Below, piece by piece: positions 58,300 to 64,000 of a stretch of 64,000 bases of DNA. Under the pieces are notes generated by a model. It saw only the letters and a list, made by a program, of their open reading frames with translations. It made no database searches and was not told where the DNA came from. The translations under genes were made by a program, and so were the position numbers. This DNA is from Orbicella franksi. Its lineage: Eukaryota. Numbering within the stretch: the first letter of the stretch is position 1; each line of letters begins with the position of its first letter. The DNA is taken from NCBI GenBank assembly GCA_964199315.1, contig OZ116702.1:9858001-9922000 (forward strand), given 5' to 3'.

Positions 58300-60072
58300 C
58301 AGTCGAACCTGTATATAACGGACCTGTATCAAGCGGCCAGTTTTCCAAGTCCCGAATTTTCCTCCGTACAGACGCTGTATTTGTTACCTGTATTAGGCGG
58401 CCACCCTGTAGCAGTCCTATGTTTGTCTTTCGTTATTATTTTTACCCGTATTAATTGGCCACTCTGAACGTACAACTGACTATGAAATTGAACGTTACAA
58501 CTAGGAAATAACGGAATGAGATATTTTGTTGTGAACTGTACGTCATAGAAATACAGTAATGTATACCGTAGAAGAGTAGAGGACAATTAATTGCACAGTA
58601 TTTTTTCGCAATGTTACGTATATTATACCGTTAAGTTACAAGTTGGCACTGAATATTGTTTAAAGTACTGACGGCACTTGTGTAACAGCCGTAAAATCCA
58701 TCGTTTATTCGTCTAGATCAACGAGGGAAACGCTCGACACTGTCCCGTTTACAATACGAAAATTCGTGTTACCGTAACCTTGATTCATGAGTGTTCGTAA
58801 TGCATCAGTCAATTCCAGCAGTGCCCACCCCCCCCGGCCAACCGCGGGGCATTTCCTCACGTTGTCAGTCCCAGGGGTGGGGCATCTGCAATTTTATCGC
58901 GACCCGGGGGCTGGGCATTTGCGTACCTCGGGGCGACCCCCGGGCATTCGACACACGTGTTTTGGAAAGTGCCATGGATGAGTTCATCGGGAAAGACGAG
59001 GCGTTTGTCGAACAATGGCTTGTCCGTCAGAGACTAGAGAAACTTGCAGATGTTTTTAAAGGTATGTTTTCTTAATTATAGATATTTCTTCATTACTTGT
59101 AAGCATATTACTATAAGCGAAAAGGTGAACTATATTTTGTTTATCACAAAAGACTCATTGACGTGAACACGACTATTTCGCATTTCGCATTCAAAACTAG
59201 CCTAGCATTCTTTCAATTCATGAAAGTGGAGTTAAAATACTTAAGGTTTGCGAATTCAAATGAAGCGATCTTCAAGACAGATCTTGCGAGCTTAAAATGC
59301 AATGCATCATCATTTAAAATGTCTTGATTCTTCACAGAAAAAGTAGCCTGCGAATACAGGCGCCTATCATCGCTCGCGGCTGGGGGCACGTCCGCTGCAA
59401 TCCCAGCTATCCTCTAGCAAACTGCTAAACCAAATATAAAGAAATAAATATAATCAGAATCAACTAACACGTACTGTTGCCCTTGAAGTCTTACCGTTAC
59501 ATTAAAATACTGAACAGTTGACCGTTTTATTCACTGATCAATTAAAAAACTGCAGAGGTGTTGGAAGGCGACGATCGCGGGGGCGAGGCATTTGCCCATT
59601 TTTTTTTTTTTAAAAAAATGCTAATGCCCGGGGGATGGGCACTGCTGGAATTGACTGATGCATTAATGTTCGATCCCTTTGATTCTCCGTAAGTTCCTTA
59701 ACAAAATGTCAGTCCGGTTAGTGTTCCTTAACCATACACAAGGGAAATAACAACGCAATCAACGAAAACGTGTAGCGCCGAGGTTTGACCTAAACTGGAA
59801 TGAACCTCGATCAAATCACGGGTCCTAAACGCTCGGACGGACTGGTCCGATTACACAGGATAACCAACAAATGAAACTGGCATTTACAACTTGAAAGAGT
59901 TTTGATTTTCCTGTTGTTTCTTACATGAAATGTTTTTGTAGATATACGGTATTGAAATTGGCATTAAACCAGGCACAATAGTATTTTTAGTGATCCTATA
60001 TAAAGCGGCCTCCTGTATTAAGCGGCTAGTTCCTCAAGTCTCGAGGATGGTCGTTATACACAGGTTCGACTG
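58300..60072. mobile_element. Non-autonomous Tc1/mariner-type element carrying a nested insertion
   Basis: ~21-bp TIR CAGTCGAACCTGT(A/G)TATAACG; TA on the left, TG on the right (probably a mutated TSD). Confidence 0.7.
58798..59665. mobile_element. Nested TIR element containing a SAM-like exon fragment
   Basis: Perfect 30-bp TIR TAATGCATCAGTCAATTCCAGCAGTGCCCA, including the terminal TA. Confidence 0.85.
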
Positions 60073-60892
60073 TGTACTAAAATGCTTTGCGTTGTTCGAT
60101 CCAGATCCTCTCGGGTGAATTTGTTCTTGTAGCGATGCTGGTCATTTTCCTGAAAATCATGGTCAGCGGGAAAAGTCGTTAAGGTTTTTTTCCATGTGAT
60201 CACTACGACCGCTGCAGGTATTAAAGAAAGCGTTGATATCATTCCGACTTTGCCAGCTAACCAGTTTCAATATGATCGCCACGATCCCCAGCGGAAAAAA
60301 AAATCCCTAGTGGACCTGAGTGCAACAAAGACGGGAAGCATTCTGGTATATCTCTGTTTTCATCACTACAATTTTCTGAAGAGTAATCTCCACTGAGTGA
60401 GAGAAATATGAAGTCTATCGTAGAGATGCTGAAGCACTGAAGACCATAAGTTTTTAGTGTTTGTGGGCATCCTTATTGCCCAGCACCAATTAACACGCTA
60501 CGTCGCTGCTTCTGTGACCCCTATTTTTTCTTCCGACCGATCGCTTTCTTTACCATTTTCCTAAGTCTTGTGAAAATATGTCTCTTTGTTTAAAATTGTA
60601 GAGGAATGAAAACATTTGGGACCATTAATACAACAGACCCACTTATACAAAATAAGACAGGATAGGCTGCCTCCTTTGACCCACATTATTTGCCAAAAGC
60701 CCTGGGGACCATGCTAGGTTTCTTGATCATTTTTCAGCGCGCTTTATCACTGAAGAGAAGTCGGTGACTCCTATGTTTTGCTATTTCTAAGGCAAGTAGC
60801 TCATTATCTACCCGAAGTAGAAGTTAGGAAAAATCTTATGCGCAGGTCCTTGTTCTGAACGAACACTAGCCCTGAGTTTTCCCACGATCCAA

Positions 60893-61002
60893 TAGGCTCG
60901 ATTACCAGCTGCTGTTTCCGGAAATGAGCCCGCGCTCACCCCCCGTAAAGACCCTTCTCGGGGAGGCACGCGGACCCGAGAGAGCGGCGCAAATCGAGCC
61001 TA
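60893..61002. mobile_element. 110-bp TAG..CTA MITE with 9-bp TSD
   Basis: TIR taggctcgatt / aatcgagccta; perfect TSD ACGATCCAA. Confidence 0.85.
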
Positions 61003-61913
61003 ACGATCCAAGCGATCATATGGAAACCAGGTATTGGGTTCACCGGCCAAGTCGGAAATCGCGAAGATGATGACAACGAAGATATATCAAAGGTTTACGT
61101 GAGCGACTCCTGAAAGATAATAGACACTGTTTTTACAAACCAGGATTTCTGTATAAACCAAATTACTTGTTTATTTTTATATAACTGCGCTTCGATGCTT
61201 AACTCTATTTTTAACCTAAGAATACACGAGAAAGCAGTCTGATCCAGTAAAGGTACAAGTTTTCTCAGTGTAAAGTAGCTTAAAGTTCTTGGTCAAAAGA
61301 TCCCACAATTTGATACATGCAAACCACTAAGTTACAGTGCAAGTAAAAGAAACGTTCATAGTTTACTGTAAACTGGAAAGTATCAAAACTGAACCTTCTT
61401 GTGCCTTGAGGAGATGAGTAATATGTCACCGTCGACAGTTCTGAAAGTTAGAAACATATAAACTAACTGCCCTGACCAAATAACAACGAAAAACAACAAT
61501 AACAACAGCAAAAAGCTGTTTACTCCAGAACCTACAAGAGAGCATTTCAAACAAGCCTCTGTTAAACGTAAAGCTTGAAATGTTTGTATAAAGCTTCAAC
61601 AGACCTTTTAATTAGGAAAAGAAGGCAATTTTTAAACCTCACACTTGCAAGAAATCAAGAGCGAATCACCGCGTAGATCTCAAAGCAAAATACACCGGGT
61701 AGTAAAAGAGGGGTTTCGCAAACGGGTCGAGCGAAGGGAATCTAAGAGACCGATTTTCCCGCTCGATTTTAAGCCTCCTGCCGTTCAGTTTTGTCGTTTA
61801 CTCACCCGTGCTTCCTTCATCGCTCTAGGGATTGAATGAAGAGGCTGTAAAAGTTACGTGGAAAGATAAACGGATGATCAAATGCGTTCGTTTTATGCAG
61901 GCTTCATTAGCCA

Positions 61914-62132
61914 TAGACTGTTCACAGCATTCTATTTCTTCGTGTTTTTGTAGATCGTTGAACGTGCGGATAGAATCACGAGAGAACTGGACTCCAGCTG
62001 AAAAGGGATTTGACTGGGTGGAGGGTGGGAACCTAGATTCTTCTTGCTCTCAAACCCCACCGCCCACCTATCCCTCGTGCTTCGCTCGCTTTTTCTTTCG
62101 CGTGCGTAAATAGAGAGGCTGTGAACAGTCTA
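61914..62132. mobile_element. 219-bp TAG..CTA MITE with 9-bp TSD
   Basis: TIR tagactgttcacagc / gctgtgaacagtcta; perfect TSD CATTAGCCA. Confidence 0.85.
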
Positions 62133-62324
62133 CATTAGCCATAAAGCAATTAACCGACCAATACAATTTATCATGGTTTCCTGGTTTCAGATCTCATTTG
62201 TATTTGGTAGCAACAAACCCTAAAGCAATATTCTAACGTTGTTATCGTGAATCAGCAATTTGCAATGACTCATCATATACGAGGACTAAATATTGATCAT
62301 TTAGGCATTACATCTACATGTAAA

Positions 62325-64000
62325 ATGGCAGCTGAAGTGCAATCTGCTGATAGTTCTGAGCAAGCTATCCCAAGCCGAAGGAAGGAAAGTGTGAGTGAAC
62401 TTTTTATACCAAAGGACACACTCGATCAGCCATGCGATGTTGTTTTGATGGTCAAAGATGGCAAATAATTCAAAGCTCACAGGCGAGTTCTCTCAGAGGC
62501 CAGTCCTTTCTTTGAAAAGATGCTGAACAGCGACATGAAGGAGACTAAAGAAGGAGTAGTTCGGTTGGAGATGTTTACCGAGTCAGTCATAGCGGCTACG
62601 CTTCAGTTTATTTACACCGGCGATGTTCAGATATTGGCTGAAGACAATGCCCGAGACCTAATAGTTGTGGCCGATTATTTGTTTCTTGACAAACTAAAAC
62701 TTCTCGCTGGAGGGGTTTTAATACAGACGCTAAACAGTTCAAATTGTATTTCAACTTACTATTTTGCTGAAAGATATCAATGCGAAGACCTTCTTTCGAA
62801 AACAAGTGAATTTATCCTCGCCAATTTTACTCCCATTTACGCTGTGAACCGTGAAAATGTTTTGAATGTGTCGAGCAGAGAGGTTGAAATGTGGATTTCA
62901 AGTGATGAAATAGATGTTAACGCCGAGGAAGATGTGTTTAAGATCATTCTAGCATGGATTGACCATGACAGAAGCCGGCGAAAAAGATATTTCGTCGAGT
63001 TATTTCGTCACGTTAGGCTTTATGTATCGCGTGACTTTCTGCGGCATGATATCGTGACAAATGAGCTCGTGAAAGACAATAACAGTTGTGTGACACTGGT
63101 AAAGGATGCCATCAAATTACTTGACTCAAAAAACTTCGAGAGCCTCAGTGTTCCACCCAGGAAGACGCTCGAGACCCCTGTTGTAGTAGTCAGTGTGGGT
63201 GGAAATGTTCTGTGTCACATTCTTCGTGAGAATAGCTGGTGCAAGTTAGGTGAGATACCACCCTTATGTATGTCTGGTAATTTTGTCCCTTGTGACGGTC
63301 AATTGTATCGTACTGTACAGGAGATGTCGAATTATCGACTTCAGTCTTTAAATCAAGTAACATACAATCCGTATTCTAACAGTTGTACGCAATTACCAGT
63401 CTTGGAAGAAGGACGATATTTGCGGAAAACATTTGTTAGAAATGGAGATGAAATGTACGCTTTGATGTCTGAACCATGTGTTATGGACCATTTACGAAAT
63501 CGGCAGGTCCGTGATGGACGCTGCGTTGTCAGTGTTAACTCTCCAGGAACAGAAGCAGACCAAAAGTGCGGCAGCCGAAAACATACTTCCTTCCTCACGA
63601 AGTACGAACCGGAATCAAACTCGTGGGATGATGTAACATCATTTGATCATTTGGACCTGAGAGATGATTTCTGTATTGAAGCCAATGACAATTTTATTTA
63701 TTTCATTGGTGGCAGCGAATGGTGTGGTGACAAACGCACCCTCCTGACTGATGTTGACAGGTTTGACCTCAGCAGAAAACAGTGGGATAAAGCCGCTGAC
63801 ACTCAAATGGCGAATTACTGGGCTAAGGGTGCTGCTGTGAACGAGAAAATCTACATAACTTTTCGAGCTCGTCGGAAGGAATGCCATTCTTCTTATGATT
63901 GGGAGGTGTACGATGAAACAACAAATGAATGGCAGATTATTACGGGCATCAGAGATGGACTGAGATACAATGTCCATATTTTGCCCGTTGATGGTGAGTT
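62325..64000 (+). pseudogene. Intronless BTB-BACK-Kelch (KLHL-like) gene with premature TAA at 62466-62468; runs off the window
   Basis: QPCDVVLMVKDGK*FKAHRRVLSEASPFFEKML (BTB), NCISTYYFAERY and AEEDVFKIILAWI (BACK), YIGG..DRFDLSRKQW and YDETTNEW (Kelch). The frame stays open after the stop to 64000. Confidence 0.85.

Noticed and set aside
44415-60100. GTTCGATCC B-box-like strings (~44422, ~59668, ~60095) as tRNA/SINE
   Set aside because: No cloverleaf or A-box at appropriate spacing

Overview
Eukaryotic (metazoan) genomic DNA. The domain content and repeat families suggest an anthozoan, probably a stony coral; this is inference only. About 55 kb is occupied by one minus-strand gene that I could splice together by hand into about 69 coding exons. 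It runs from a signal-peptide exon (ATG at 56149) to a probable stop at 1144, with the frame open across every junction I checked, giving roughly 6,000 aa. Architecture: SP - WAPx2 - VWAx8 - [Thr/Pro linker - follistatin/Kazal - VWA]x9 - VWAx2 - linker - TSP1x2 - VWAx2 - linker - WAPx3 - VWA - linker-VWA - WAP - VWA. That totals 24 VWA, 9 follistatin, 6 WAP and 2 TSP1 domains, with no Gly-X-Y collagen helix and no transmembrane segment. The 24 VWA domains fall into two classes: 13 with an intact MIDAS plus flanking Cys pair, and 11 with a degenerate MIDAS and no flanking Cys. The nine-module array shows recent tandem duplication and a collapsed tenth module. A divergently oriented intronless BTB-BACK-Kelch ORF (62325 to the window end) carries an in-frame TAA. 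Introns hold many MITEs and LINE tails, plus one Penelope-type minimal hammerhead ribozyme motif. No rRNA, tRNA or CRISPR was seen. All exon boundaries are manual GT-AG predictions without transcript evidence.
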